IMG/VR virus record: IMGVR_UViG_3300020049_006862
Coordinates: 1 to 64,000 of that record
DNA length: 64,000 bases
Reading direction: 5' to 3' (one strand)
Source: a virus
Taxonomy: Duplodnaviria > Caudoviricetes
The stretch's first letter is position 1, and every line of letters starts with the position of its first letter. Position numbers and translations under genes: made by a program. Under the pieces are notes generated by a model. It did not search any database. It was not told the DNA's origin and was given only the letters and a program-made list of their open reading frames with translations. This document shows positions 18,560 through 28,990 of the stretch, one piece after another.

Positions 18560-19122
18560 CAACCCTCACTGGATGCGAGGGATGCGGAGCGCAGAATCCA
18601 GATGATTTAGTACGTGAAAGGGAACTGGAACAAAACAAAGTTCCTATTTCTCCCTACGCTAAATTGCAGTCACCTGCGGACACTTCACCGATTCAACAGA
18701 TCGTTGAACAAGCCCCAGCAAATCCAGAGAAAGCTGTTCAATCGGGTCAGGACGTGAAAATGACTTCTGTGAGCGGCGCAAACTTCATTGTAACATTGAC
18801 GGAGCAAATCGCACTACCTAAATCGGTATCATTTACGCACTACTCGAAACAAAAGACAATAATCAAAGGATCTACTAATTTCGCATTTGGAGAAAGCTCA
18901 ATTACTATCTTTTATGGAAATGCCGTAGGCATAGAATCAAGCGTAGTGTTGAATTTTGTTAGCGACTTTAACAGGGAATTCACTTGTAATGCTACGATTA
19001 TTCGAGCAACTGTTTCTGACAATAAAACCAGATACGCACTTGCGATTCATTTTGACCGTGAGAAGAGCAAAATTGATAAAATCTTCGTAGGCCAAACGAC
19101 CTACTACAAAGAAGGAGGCTAA
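18520..19122 (+). CDS. lipoprotein
   Basis: signal peptide with lipobox LTGC from ATG 18520. Confidence 0.7.
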   Translation: MHRFQILFYILCLATLTGCEGCGAQNPDDLVRERELEQNKVPISPYAKLQSPADTSPIQQIVEQAPANPEKAVQSGQDVKMTSVSGANFIVTLTEQIALPKSVSFTHYSKQKTIIKGSTNFAFGESSITIFYGNAVGIESSVVLNFVSDFNREFTCNATIIRATVSDNKTRYALAIHFDREKSKIDKIFVGQTTYYKEGG

Positions 19123-19123
19123 C

Positions 19124-19831
19124 ATGGGTAACACGGAAACAGAAATTCTCGAAAAAGATTTTGATTGGTCGGATGTTAGGATAGGGGTATTGATTACCCC
19201 ATTCAACAGCGAATCCGCTTTTCAAACATTGGAAATGCTTCGACCATTAAAACCAGATGGAATTCCAATAGTTTATGACCAAATTGTACCTTCTTTGGAC
19301 TGCGTCATTATCCCTTCGGTAAGTGATATATATCTTCCTGGGCAGCAACTAGGATACACTTTTCAGCAAAAAATTGATCCTTTTGTTACCGCCTTCTTTG
19401 ATGTACAACTCGAATATTATCAAAGAAATTGCTCGGTACTTGCTCTAGGGACTTCTTTTCTGTCTCTCCTATTGTATTACAGTCATCAACTGAGATACAT
19501 AGAAGGGCACGGCGACAACAAAATACATAAAGTAAAGGGATTTTGGCCTGAAGAAGCAATGTTAAACGTATCGTCAAATCATCGTCATGGAATTTTAAAG
19601 TCTGAATTATCCACTGAATTTAAGTGTTTGGCCGAACATTTTTTAACTGTAGAGGCTGCGATGCATAATGTTGATCTGGTCGCTGGTGTACTTTGGAACC
19701 CAGAACGTACAGAACAACCCATGGATTCTCCGTTCTTTGCTGAATATAAATGCTCTCATGGAGATTCGTTGACTTTTGGGCTATTGAAACATCTTATTCA
19801 ACTCAAAAAAACAACAAAAAATGGTGGATGA
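19124..19831 (+). CDS. class I glutamine amidotransferase / peptidase C26-like, catalytic residues substituted
   Basis: VSSNHRHGI, VEA, GVLWNPE (vs GVQWHPE), LALGTS (vs GICRG). Confidence 0.6.
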   Translation: MGNTETEILEKDFDWSDVRIGVLITPFNSESAFQTLEMLRPLKPDGIPIVYDQIVPSLDCVIIPSVSDIYLPGQQLGYTFQQKIDPFVTAFFDVQLEYYQRNCSVLALGTSFLSLLLYYSHQLRYIEGHGDNKIHKVKGFWPEEAMLNVSSNHRHGILKSELSTEFKCLAEHFLTVEAAMHNVDLVAGVLWNPERTEQPMDSPFFAEYKCSHGDSLTFGLLKHLIQLKKTTKNGG

Positions 19832-20888
19832 TTTGTATCAATACATGATTAACCCTATGCGAGTCTCGGACCCAGAAAAGCTCCCAAACCCGCAGTACTT
19901 CCGAAATACACCTCTATTCTATTCGAAAGATAGGCTGGAATACGTAGACTGTAATGAAATGAAACATCGGATAGGTAAAGAATTTCTTTACGTATCTGAT
20001 GTACCGTATGATACTGGTGAAAAAACGGGAATGGAATATGAAATTCCTTGGAACCCAACAGCAATTCAAAAAGATATGGCCCGAAAACTCCTACTTGCTA
20101 AGAATGAGGATTGGAATGCTCAGTACTATGTTCGTAGACAAATTTTTGGGTTATCGCAGTTCGTTTATGCGATGCCTCACTCAGACGGCGGTGGTACCGA
20201 ATTCTTATTTGTACCAATGACCCTCGAATCTTTCAAGGTCATTTATCCTTGGTTTGAGGAATTCTTCTCCTACTTAGAAAGCATGGGATTTACTTCCCGT
20301 GTCGACGGCGCTGGAATTCATTTGAACTTCGATTACGGTTGGTTTGGGGGAACTAACGAAGAGAGAGTTAAAACTCTTCAAGAACTTCTGATTTTTATGT
20401 TTGAAAACCGGGAATTCTATTTCGGCTTCTCCGGACGACAAGGTACCATGTCTTCATGGTCTGATCCGTATGAAATGTTAAGTAAAGATATTGCTACACG
20501 GCTGAACCCACTAGAAATGAGGAGAATATTCCAGCAGCAGAAGATTGCTACATTGGAAGAATTCAAAAACATACTCGACCCTGCGATAGGAATTAAAAAT
20601 ACGAAGGTGTATGATACCTTCAAGATCAGACTTGGAATCAAGGAAAAACCTCGGGTGGAACTACGCCACTTCGGATCTACTTTGAATCCAAGAGTACTCA
20701 GAATCTATTGGGAAGGATCGGCGGCCATTATCAAAATGTGTCGCAATCAACCTGGAACTAATTCCTTACAAGATTTAGTAGATTATGTTCGATTTAACAT
20801 AAAAGAATTTCCTTTTTTCTTTCAATATCTTTGCGAAAACAAAATGACTCGCTATATGATAAATAGTACTGCGATAAAAACTGCGTAA
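19821..20888 (+). CDS. putative COOH-NH2 amidoligase
   Basis: GMEYE, DGGGTEF, AGIHLN, VELRHF motifs. Confidence 0.7.
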   Translation: MVDDLYQYMINPMRVSDPEKLPNPQYFRNTPLFYSKDRLEYVDCNEMKHRIGKEFLYVSDVPYDTGEKTGMEYEIPWNPTAIQKDMARKLLLAKNEDWNAQYYVRRQIFGLSQFVYAMPHSDGGGTEFLFVPMTLESFKVIYPWFEEFFSYLESMGFTSRVDGAGIHLNFDYGWFGGTNEERVKTLQELLIFMFENREFYFGFSGRQGTMSSWSDPYEMLSKDIATRLNPLEMRRIFQQQKIATLEEFKNILDPAIGIKNTKVYDTFKIRLGIKEKPRVELRHFGSTLNPRVLRIYWEGSAAIIKMCRNQPGTNSLQDLVDYVRFNIKEFPFFFQYLCENKMTRYMINSTAIKTA

Positions 20889-20961
20889 ATAAGCGACGAT
20901 ATTCTTGGAATAAGACTCTGAAAGACGTATCTTGTGGATTATTTCACTTTAAAATAACAAA

Positions 20962-21318
20962 ATGAAGCGGAGAATTATAGAACCGTGAATTAAGAAATTG
21001 GTCGAGACATTTCCCTTCGTTGTAATGAGAGACCGCTGGGGCAAGCCCCTAGGGGTCTCTTATACCGAAGACGGACTTAAATTAGTTTGTAATTCAGACG
21101 GCAGAATGCCGTATTATTCAAAAGCTATACTACGAGCCAATAAAGGGGAAACTCCGGGTTACACTATTACCGGAGACTTGCGTAAAAACCCCAATATAAT
21201 AGTGGAAAAATTTGTCCCTCGGGACCACAAAAATCCTCGTATAATGCAAGCAGAGATACAGTTCGTAGACAAAGCTCTACGAATGTTGTATGTCCAAAAG
21301 CGGTACGAGCCCAGTTAG
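20962..21318 (+). CDS. hypothetical protein, TGA=Trp at codon 9
   Basis: ATG 20962 with A-rich leader, in frame with track ORF 20998; TGA at 20986. Confidence 0.6.
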
Positions 21319-21333
21319 TGCCAATGGGTATCT

Positions 21334-21408
21334 TTTAGATTTCATAGTCTGGTCAGTACATTACCCTTGAAAAGGTAAGTGTAAAGGGTTCGAATCCCTG
21401 AGCTAAAG
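21334..21408 (+). tRNA. degenerate tRNA with 8-nt anticodon loop (CTTGAAAA)
   Basis: TTACC/GGTAA anticodon stem, AGGG-TTCGAAT-CCCT T arm, imperfect acceptor. Confidence 0.5.
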
Positions 21409-21413
21409 ACTAC

Positions 21414-21588
21414 AAGTAATAGGTGCGAGAGTTCTTTCTTAGGCCGAAGAGAAACGCCAAAGTGGTTTTTCGGTAGAGCAAATTGTCAGGTCTGGCCTGT
21501 TAAGCCAGGTGCCATAAGATTTGTTGGTTCAAGTCCCAGGTGGTCTGAAAACTACTAAAGAGTAGAGCTGTACCCTCGGGTATTACTT
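21414..21588 (+). ncRNA. structured RNA containing a tRNA-Asn(GUU)-type anticodon arm and T loop
   Basis: CTGGC-CTGTTAA-GCCAG, GG-TTCAAGT-CC, outer AAGTAATA/TATTACTT. Confidence 0.5.
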
Positions 21589-21603
21589 TTATGAAATCAA
21601 AAG

Positions 21604-21668
21604 TACATCTATGGGAAAGTATTCGCCCTGCCTGTCACGCAGGTGCGTAACGCTAGTAGATGTCGCCA
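21604..21668 (+). ncRNA. tRNA-Asp(GUC)-like RNA lacking a T arm
   Basis: ACATCTA/TAGATGT stem, CCTGC-CTGTCAC-GCAGG arm, GCCA end. Confidence 0.6.
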
Positions 21669-21704
21669 AAGGAACTGGTTTTTTATAATCAAATTATTAA
21701 CAAC

Positions 21705-22364
21705 ATGAAAGCATGAGCGTTTATAGGTCTGTTCTCTTTGTTCGGCTTAACTAGTCCGGATAATTCGGCACAGTACCGCGAAAGTCTTAATGAAATGGCC
21801 AATAAGATCACACTTTTAGAGTCAAAAGTAGACTCTTTAAATGAATCTAATGGTCGTTTGTGGAAACTCCACCCTTATCTCAACCCAAAATCGGCAGAGG
21901 CTTTGCGTAAGTTCGCCAAAAAAGAAGGCATACTTCCTAACACAAAGTTTAAACTGCTATATAGTTCTGTTAACCCAAAGGTTGACATGGAGCTGTATAA
22001 TGTCTTGACAGCCTACACAGGCCCAGTAGTTGGAGTTACATCCATCTATCGCGAAGGCAGCGGTAAGTCGCAGCACAATCACGGGTGTGCCATCGACATC
22101 AAATGGGATGCTGTTCCTAAATCAGGAGCAATGTCAGGTCGTTCTTTTGCCCGCTGGCTCATCACCGATGAAGGCCAAGCTTGGGAAAAGGAGAACAACC
22201 TGTGAATCCGATTTGAAAACATTCGGGATAAGGAGTTTAGAACCGGAGAATATGCAGAATATTATTGGCATAATAAAGAGGCTACCGGACCACATGTACA
22301 CATTGGACTAAGAAAAGATAAACCAAAACAAGCTTTAGTGGACAAGCTGCTCGCAAGCAGTTAA
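21705..22364 (+). CDS. M15-family Zn peptidase (candidate endolysin), 2 TGA=Trp
   Basis: TSIYR..SQHNHGCAIDI and GPHVHIG; TGA at 21714 and 22203; N-terminal signal-like segment. Confidence 0.8.
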
Positions 22365-22380
22365 AAAGCTTAAAAGGAAA

Positions 22381-24336
22381 ATGAAAAAATTGATTGCACC
22401 GTATTCCGTTGAAGGAATTGAGAATTGTACCATCGATGAGGCAATTGCCTACCTATCGACAAAGCAGTTACTAGGGTTCGATACTGAGACACGACAAGTG
22501 GTTTCAGCAAAAGCTTCGGGTCCAGGGTTGCACCAGGTTATCATGGCACAAATCGGGGATCAAGAACGACAATATATTTTTGACGTGCGTACCCACCTTG
22601 GTGATCTTGCGCCGCTATGAGCAATCTTGGCGTCACCTAATATCATCAAGGTGGGTACTAACTTAAAATATGATTATCTACAGATGTATGGTACCTTTGG
22701 TATCTACATGAACGGGCTTTGCGACATAATGTTGAACGAAATGGTTTTGAATTGTGGACGAGCAGTAAAGAAGAAATTTTATTCGTTGGAAGGAATGTCC
22801 TCTCGATACTTAGGATACAAATTCAATAACCCGAAGCAAGGATCTTTATTTCCTGAAGATAATTTTTCGAAGGACACAAGGTTAGAGTTCATTAACTTAA
22901 AGGATGAACCTTTCAATAACTCACACGTAGAGTATGGAGCTAATGATGTTATCTTGCCTCTGATGATTCTTGAGAAGCAGAAAGTGAAATTGAAGGAAGA
23001 TGAATTAGAGAAATGCGCCGATTTTGAAAACAAGTTTTTACCTGCTTTAGGATATATAGAAACTTGTGGATTCTACATTAATCAGCAGAAGTGGTTAGAT
23101 AATATTGCTAAACATGAGGACAAAGTAATAGAAACTATAGATATACTTGATGAGTATGTAGCTAAGAAGTATCCTAAATTCAAAGGAATAAATTGGGCAT
23201 CTTCTAAGCAAGTTTCTGTCCTATTTAAGAAAGCAGGATACGATTTATCTGTGGTAGACGAACGTAAGAGTACGGAAATGAATACTGTGTACAGAGATTC
23301 AGTTGAGAAGAAGGTAATTGAGAAGTATGCTGAAAGCAAATTGATTTCGAAGTATATAGAATACAAGAAGGCAGCCAAACTATGTTCTACTTATGGAGCT
23401 AAATTCTTAGAATTTGTGAATCCTACTACTAACAGGATGCATTCATCTTATTGGCAAATTGTAGACACTGGCAGACTTTCCTCTTCTAAGGTGAATATGC
23501 AGAATATTCCTAGAGACCCTATGTTCAGAGAACCTTTTCAAGCTGAACCTGGAAATATGATTGTAAAGGCTGATTACTCTCAACAAGAGGTAAGAATGTT
23601 TGCTTCTTATTGTAATGATAAGAACCTTAAGAGCGTATTTGAAGGCAGTAATAGTGATATACACGCCACGTTTGCGGCAAAGCTTTTCAAGAAAGATATA
23701 AAAGATGTAACCTATGAACTCAGACAGCTAGGTAAAATTGCAAACTTTACTCTTATATATGGCGGCGGGGCAGGTAAATTATCCCAAACAATGGGTATTC
23801 CTCTAGAAGAGGCCAAACAAATTGTCAATTCATATTTTTCTTCTTTTCCAGACGCAAGAAAATATTTCGCAAAAACTTACGCCTTAGCCTTGCAAAGAGG
23901 TTATATCCAAATAGATAATGTTATAGGGCGTAAAACTTATATTAGTAAATTCCACGAATACGATCAGCTTAACAAAATACTAGCTGATTCATATAATGTA
24001 AATCTTGTAGGTACAGAGAAAGTAAAAAGAACTGTTGGAACAATTGCTTCTATAATTAAACGGATGTCGTACAACTATCCAGTGCAAGGCGGTTCTGCTA
24101 GCATGACAAAACTTGCACTTATTTATATGTATGAGTGAATTAAATCAAAGAAGCTATTAGGAATAGTAAAGATTGTTACTACAGTACATGATGAGATTGT
24201 GCTTGAATGTCCTGAAGAAATGGTAGATAGAATAATGGATGTATTGGAAACTTCGATGAAAAAAGCATTCAAAACATTTGTCCCGAATGTACCTTCGGGT
24301 TTAACCATTGAAAAGAGCTACATATGGCCGAAATAA
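22381..24336 (+). CDS. polA: family A DNA polymerase with 3'-5' exonuclease, 2 TGA=Trp (651 aa)
   Basis: ExoI FDTET, TGRLSS, motif A DYSQQE, motif B KIANFTLIYG, motif C VHDE after TGA 24136; other TGA at 22618. Confidence 0.95.
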
Positions 24337-25424
24337 CTTACCCCTTACTGCTCCAATATCAGCCAGTAAATCAAACCACAATTACGTGGTTTGCAGCGGT
24401 AACGCTGATTGTACTGATACTCGGATTTGTAGTTACGAAAGTAACTCATCCGAAGGAGCAGATAGGTTTGGTGTTGATGCGAGTCTCATTTGAGGCGCGC
24501 ACAACCGTGTTCTTACTTTTAACGAGCTTCTTTGGAATAGCAGAAGCCCTGACTGCTACAAGTATTGTACCAGTTGGGGAGCCGGAGTTTGCAATTGCTT
24601 CAAGGTTCTTGAATCACATCCTCATTGCTATCGGCTCTGTCGTTAGTATGATGTGTGCCTCATTCCTAACTAAAGAGGCTTTGGAAGAGCGATTGAAAAA
24701 CAAATTGAAGATTGCAGCGAAATCTACGGAACCAATTAGACGTTTGAAAAGTCATCCAATGGCATGGGCTACAATAGGATTGATGGTGATTGTTTCATTA
24801 TTCTGCGCATTTACCAATATCTATTTGATTGCTTTTGCGGCAGGCGATGCACCACTGTTAATCAACTTCCTACTTCTAGGTGGCGGACTCACTCGGATGA
24901 ACACGATTACTTTGGTGTCAACTTTTGTCGGATTCCTACACTTATTCTTTACACTCGTTGAGGCCGCTATGGTCTATAATGAGCAAAGAATCAAAGACTT
25001 CGAAGATAGTCTAGACAAGAAGAAGAAAAGGGATGAGGAAATAGCGGACAAGAACAAGGCGGAGGCCAGTAGGACTCCTCCAGCAGGGGAACATAACTTT
25101 GAAAACGTACTCGAGTGGACGTTTAACCGTTTAGGCGGGAACAAGGAAGATGAAAAATACAAAAAAGCTAAGAATGCAATTTTAAAGAAAATGCAAGAAC
25201 TTGAGGGAGATAAAACAGATGATTCCCGCAAGAAAATTGCAGGCAGCACTACGAACTTATTTAAGCTGTACACCTCTTTACTTCAAGGAGACAAAAGTCG
25301 AACAACTGCTGAGACTGATAACGAAAAACTTGCACGACAAGCAAAAGAAAACAAAGAGATTAGGGATTTATTTGCTAAATCCGTCTCTCAGGGCGGCTTT
25401 GGTTATACCCTCCCAAACTTCTAG
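24324..25424 (+). CDS. multi-TM membrane protein with charged C-terminal domain
   Basis: about 5 hydrophobic segments; ends in slippery site C CCA AAC. Confidence 0.8.
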   Translation: MAEITYPLLLQYQPVNQTTITWFAAVTLIVLILGFVVTKVTHPKEQIGLVLMRVSFEARTTVFLLLTSFFGIAEALTATSIVPVGEPEFAIASRFLNHILIAIGSVVSMMCASFLTKEALEERLKNKLKIAAKSTEPIRRLKSHPMAWATIGLMVIVSLFCAFTNIYLIAFAAGDAPLLINFLLLGGGLTRMNTITLVSTFVGFLHLFFTLVEAAMVYNEQRIKDFEDSLDKKKKRDEEIADKNKAEASRTPPAGEHNFENVLEWTFNRLGGNKEDEKYKKAKNAILKKMQELEGDKTDDSRKKIAGSTTNLFKLYTSLLQGDKSRTTAETDNEKLARQAKENKEIRDLFAKSVSQGGFGYTLPNF

Positions 25425-25438
25425 GCCCTGACGGGCCT
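25412..25438 (+). other. -1 programmed ribosomal frameshift signal
   Basis: X XXY YYZ heptamer CCCAAAC in correct phase, then AGGCCC-tgac-GGGCCT stem. Confidence 0.65.
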
Positions 25439-25948
25439 CGCTGTAACGATGATTTCTGTTTGTGCCGGGAAGTCCGCAATAGGTACGGTAAAATATCTCA
25501 TAGATGCGAAAAGGACGATTGTTCTAAGAATAGATGTCCCAATTGCGAATACAACTTGACTGATGAGAAATATACAGCTTGTCAAGACTGTACACCAGTT
25601 ATGTGCAGAACCTGTTTCGAGCATAAGAAGCACTTTGTTAAATCACCTTGGACTGGGCAACCTATATGCTTTGATTGTTTACCTCAACACACGATCAATT
25701 TAGAAAGAGGAAGTAAAGAGAAGATGTATAATGTTATGAGGGATTATAACCGCCGACAGGAGAAAGGCATGAAAATTTGTACACAGTGTAAAGAAGAATT
25801 TTACGATTTTAATGGTAAACAAAACTTATGCTTTGATTGTAGAAAATTTAAATGCGAGGAATGTGGTAATGTAGTATTCGAGTTAGATCACCAAGGATTA
25901 TGTAATTATTGTTCATCGAAAAACTATAAATTAGACGGAAATATATGA
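25418..25948 (+). CDS. multi-CxxC Zn-finger domain, probably the -1 frame extension of the 24324 gene
   Basis: about 8 CxxC pairs, no ATG start at its 5' end, frame open from 25379. Confidence 0.65.
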   Translation, partial: LLGPDGPRCNDDFCLCREVRNRYGKISHRCEKDDCSKNRCPNCEYNLTDEKYTACQDCTPVMCRTCFEHKKHFVKSPWTGQPICFDCLPQHTINLERGSKEKMYNVMRDYNRRQEKGMKICTQCKEEFYDFNGKQNLCFDCRKFKCEECGNVVFELDHQGLCNYCSSKNYKLDGNI

Positions 25949-27195
25949 GTAACGCAAAAAACGAGCTCCACGACCGCGCCTTCAAAGCCTGAATGGCATC
26001 CGACCGCAAGGGTAGCTTAGTCCTTGCAACAGGGTCTGGAAAAACCCGTTTGGGAGTACTCGCGCTTTTGGAATGCTTAGAGGAAGATCCAAACGCTAAG
26101 GCGTTGATCGTTGTACCTCAAGTGAACCTTAAAGACAACGAATGGCCGAACGAAATTCAAAAATGGGGTGCTGCTCATCTATCGAACCGCATTAGAATTG
26201 ACTGCGTCCAAACGTTATACAAGATACCTGAATCGGAGGTCCAAACTCCGATAGAAGAATATGACCCATGTACGGCTGCCGCAGGTCCAAACTGCGAACC
26301 GTATACTTTAGTGGTTGTGGATGAGATTCACACCACACTTTCGGAGGAATATAGGAAAGTACACGATATACCTCATGTATATAAGTTAGGACTTACAGCT
26401 ACTGTACCTCAGAACGTGGACTATGCTAAGATCCTAGAGGACGTATGCCCTGTCTTATTTACTTATTCAATTGACGAGAGTGTGGCTGATGGAGTAAATG
26501 CTCCATACGAAGTAATCAATGTATCTGTACCATTCACAAAGGACGAGCAAAAGAAATATTTCATTTATAACAACGGATTTAACGAAGCGAGAAGAAATAT
26601 CATGATGAATAAGGGTCTCGAATTTGGAGATTCCTTTACGCTTGCTCGAAGATATAAGGCAGATAGATCACATCCGCTTCAGCCCTACTGTGCATCCTTT
26701 TGGGCGATGATGTCATTGAGAAAATGGCAATGTTATGGCGCTGAAACGAAGAAGGCGGAAACGATGAAACTGCTTATGAAGTATCCAGATTACAAATGAA
26801 TCGTGTTCTCTAAGACCACAAAGACTATTGAGGAAATACACGAATTATGCAAAGCAGCTGGAATAAATAGTGTGGTTTACCATTCTAAGTTAAAGAAAAA
26901 GGAGAAACAAGCGGCCCTTGAAGCAGCCTCCACTCCTGAGTGCAGAGTAATACTTAGCGCTCAAGCTTTGACTACTGGGTACAATCTGCCCGAAATTGAC
27001 GCCGGAATTTGTATATCCGGAGACTCGTCAAGTATCGTTAATACACAGTCGTTAGGCAGGTGTCTCAGATTTGTTCCGGGAAAACGAGCGAAATTTTTCA
27101 ATCTTTATGTCGGAGACACACAAGAAGAAGTGTGGATTCGCAAAAAGACTTCCTCACTCAGTAATGTTACTTGGGTGAAAAATACCGAATTATAA
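25945..27195 (+). CDS. SF2 DExH helicase, 2 TGA=Trp
   Basis: ATGSGKT, DEIH, LTAT, QSLGRCLR; TGA at 25990 (FKA-W) and 26797 (YK-W-IVFS). Confidence 0.9.
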
Positions 27196-28292
27196 TGGCC
27201 ATGAAAAGCGTTCTACAAGAATACTTGTCACAGGGCATTACCTCTCTATCGTCATCGCAGATGGCGCTTGCCAAGAAAAAAGGCTCATGCTTTTTTTGCG
27301 GTGACGATAGAGTTTACCATAATGCCCCATTTTCAAAGGATCTAGGGATGTGTACCGGTTGTTGGACTACTATGAGGGAGTACATATATGATAGAGTAAT
27401 AATGTTACACAGAAATATTGATTCTAATTACGTTAGTTATATAGTGGATTTCATAATGTACGGAACAATTCCTGAACATTGGGATGAATCTTTTCAGGAC
27501 GTAGTAGCACCTCATACGAGTTATAAGCATATACTTAATCCTTCTATTTCTGGACCAATATTTAAAAAAATATGTACTTTTTGTTTGAAACTTTCTCCAG
27601 AGCCTATTAGAGTAATTCATGGAGAAGTTATTGATATCCATGATGGAAGATTAGATAAAGTAAAACCATACATTAATGTACCAGTAGGCGCTGTCGGAAA
27701 GGGTAAGCACACTGTAGGAGCAAAAGTATATACTTGTCAGGCATGTCTGTATCAGATTAAAAGAAATATAAAATTCTACGGAATTCTCCCAGAAGGATCT
27801 TACGAAATATGTTCTAGATGTGAAGGCAAGTACACAATAACTTCTGAGGAAGCAAATAAAAGAGGTGAAAAATTTCGTAATGGAGAAAGAAAGCCGTATA
27901 TTTGTACTACGTGTTTTAATCAGGTACATGGACTTTATACAGACCCTAAATACAACATATACGGAAGAGAAGAACACTATCACTGCTCTTGTGGTAGACC
28001 TGTACTTATTGACTTAATGAATATTACACACAGGGCAGCATTAGAAAATCTTTACTGCCTTTCCTGTAGCACTATCAATACAGGAGTGAGTTTTACTTTT
28101 GAAGGAGATAGGAATGAGACAGTCTCTATACACGTTACAGGAGAACTTTTTGGTGATGTCATCAAATATACGTTTTTAACTATGGTAAAGAATGGACAAG
28201 ACGACAGAACAGAAGTGTTTGAAGTAAGTAACGAAAAATACGATCTCGAATTTGATGCGTTTTGGGCTGGTGTGATATCTTATTTCACATGA
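27195..28292 (+). CDS. Cys-rich Zn-finger protein
   Basis: multiple CxxC; ATGA overlap at 3' end. Confidence 0.75.
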   Translation: MAMKSVLQEYLSQGITSLSSSQMALAKKKGSCFFCGDDRVYHNAPFSKDLGMCTGCWTTMREYIYDRVIMLHRNIDSNYVSYIVDFIMYGTIPEHWDESFQDVVAPHTSYKHILNPSISGPIFKKICTFCLKLSPEPIRVIHGEVIDIHDGRLDKVKPYINVPVGAVGKGKHTVGAKVYTCQACLYQIKRNIKFYGILPEGSYEICSRCEGKYTITSEEANKRGEKFRNGERKPYICTTCFNQVHGLYTDPKYNIYGREEHYHCSCGRPVLIDLMNITHRAALENLYCLSCSTINTGVSFTFEGDRNETVSIHVTGELFGDVIKYTFLTMVKNGQDDRTEVFEVSNEKYDLEFDAFWAGVISYFT

Positions 28293-28555
28293 ATAATTTA
28301 CTTATGGAGAGCTCAAACAGTTTTGTCGTGTTCCCTACAAGTGACGGCAACGACCAGTATCATGTGACGATTATGACATTTGGAGATTTTCCATTTGCTG
28401 ATAACTACGTAAGTGTTCAAATACTCAGACCAAATATTACACAAAGAAATGCTATCTGGGAAGAAGTAGAGACATACAATGGAAGTTACGGTAGTTATGC
28501 AGATATTGTAATAGACGCTTGCCAAAGAATTTATAAACATGCACAATCACACTGA
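28289..28555 (+). CDS. small protein, member of tandem paralog array
   Basis: C-terminal YADIVIDAC motif. Confidence 0.6.
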   Translation: MNNLLMESSNSFVVFPTSDGNDQYHVTIMTFGDFPFADNYVSVQILRPNITQRNAIWEEVETYNGSYGSYADIVIDACQRIYKHAQSH

Positions 28556-28790
28556 TTTTTCAACCGATAATTACACTGATACTTTTGTAACAATTGGAGA
28601 GGTTGTATATATTACAAGATATTTTTACAGCCCAGACAATAAATATTGTTACCAAGTGTGGCAAGAGGAAGTAAAAGCAGAAAACGAACTACGGCGCAGA
28701 ACACATATTTTCGATTTTTTTCCTGATGCCGTCATTAACTCACTAAATTATATACGACATGTACACAGAAGTTCAAGTCATCTTTCGTAG
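28539..28790 (+). CDS. small protein, member of tandem paralog array
   Basis: FPDAVINSL motif. Confidence 0.6.
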   Translation: MHNHTDFSTDNYTDTFVTIGEVVYITRYFYSPDNKYCYQVWQEEVKAENELRRRTHIFDFFPDAVINSLNYIRHVHRSSSHLS

Positions 28791-28989
28791 TGTATTAGGT
28801 ATCGAGAAGAAGTTTGCAATAGATCTAAAATTAATTGAAAACGAAGGATATTGGTACGAAATATACGTACATCCTGATTACGGGGCTTTTCGTGAATTTG
28901 TAGGAGTTAGTACTAATTTTACTGAGACTGTAGCTGACTGTACGATCGCCGCTTGTTATCATATTATCGAATACTTAGACCCTACTTAA
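28759..28989 (+). CDS. small protein, member of tandem paralog array
   Basis: VADCTIAAC motif. Confidence 0.6.
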   Translation: MYTEVQVIFRSVLGIEKKFAIDLKLIENEGYWYEIYVHPDYGAFREFVGVSTNFTETVADCTIAACYHIIEYLDPT

Positions 28990-28990
28990 T

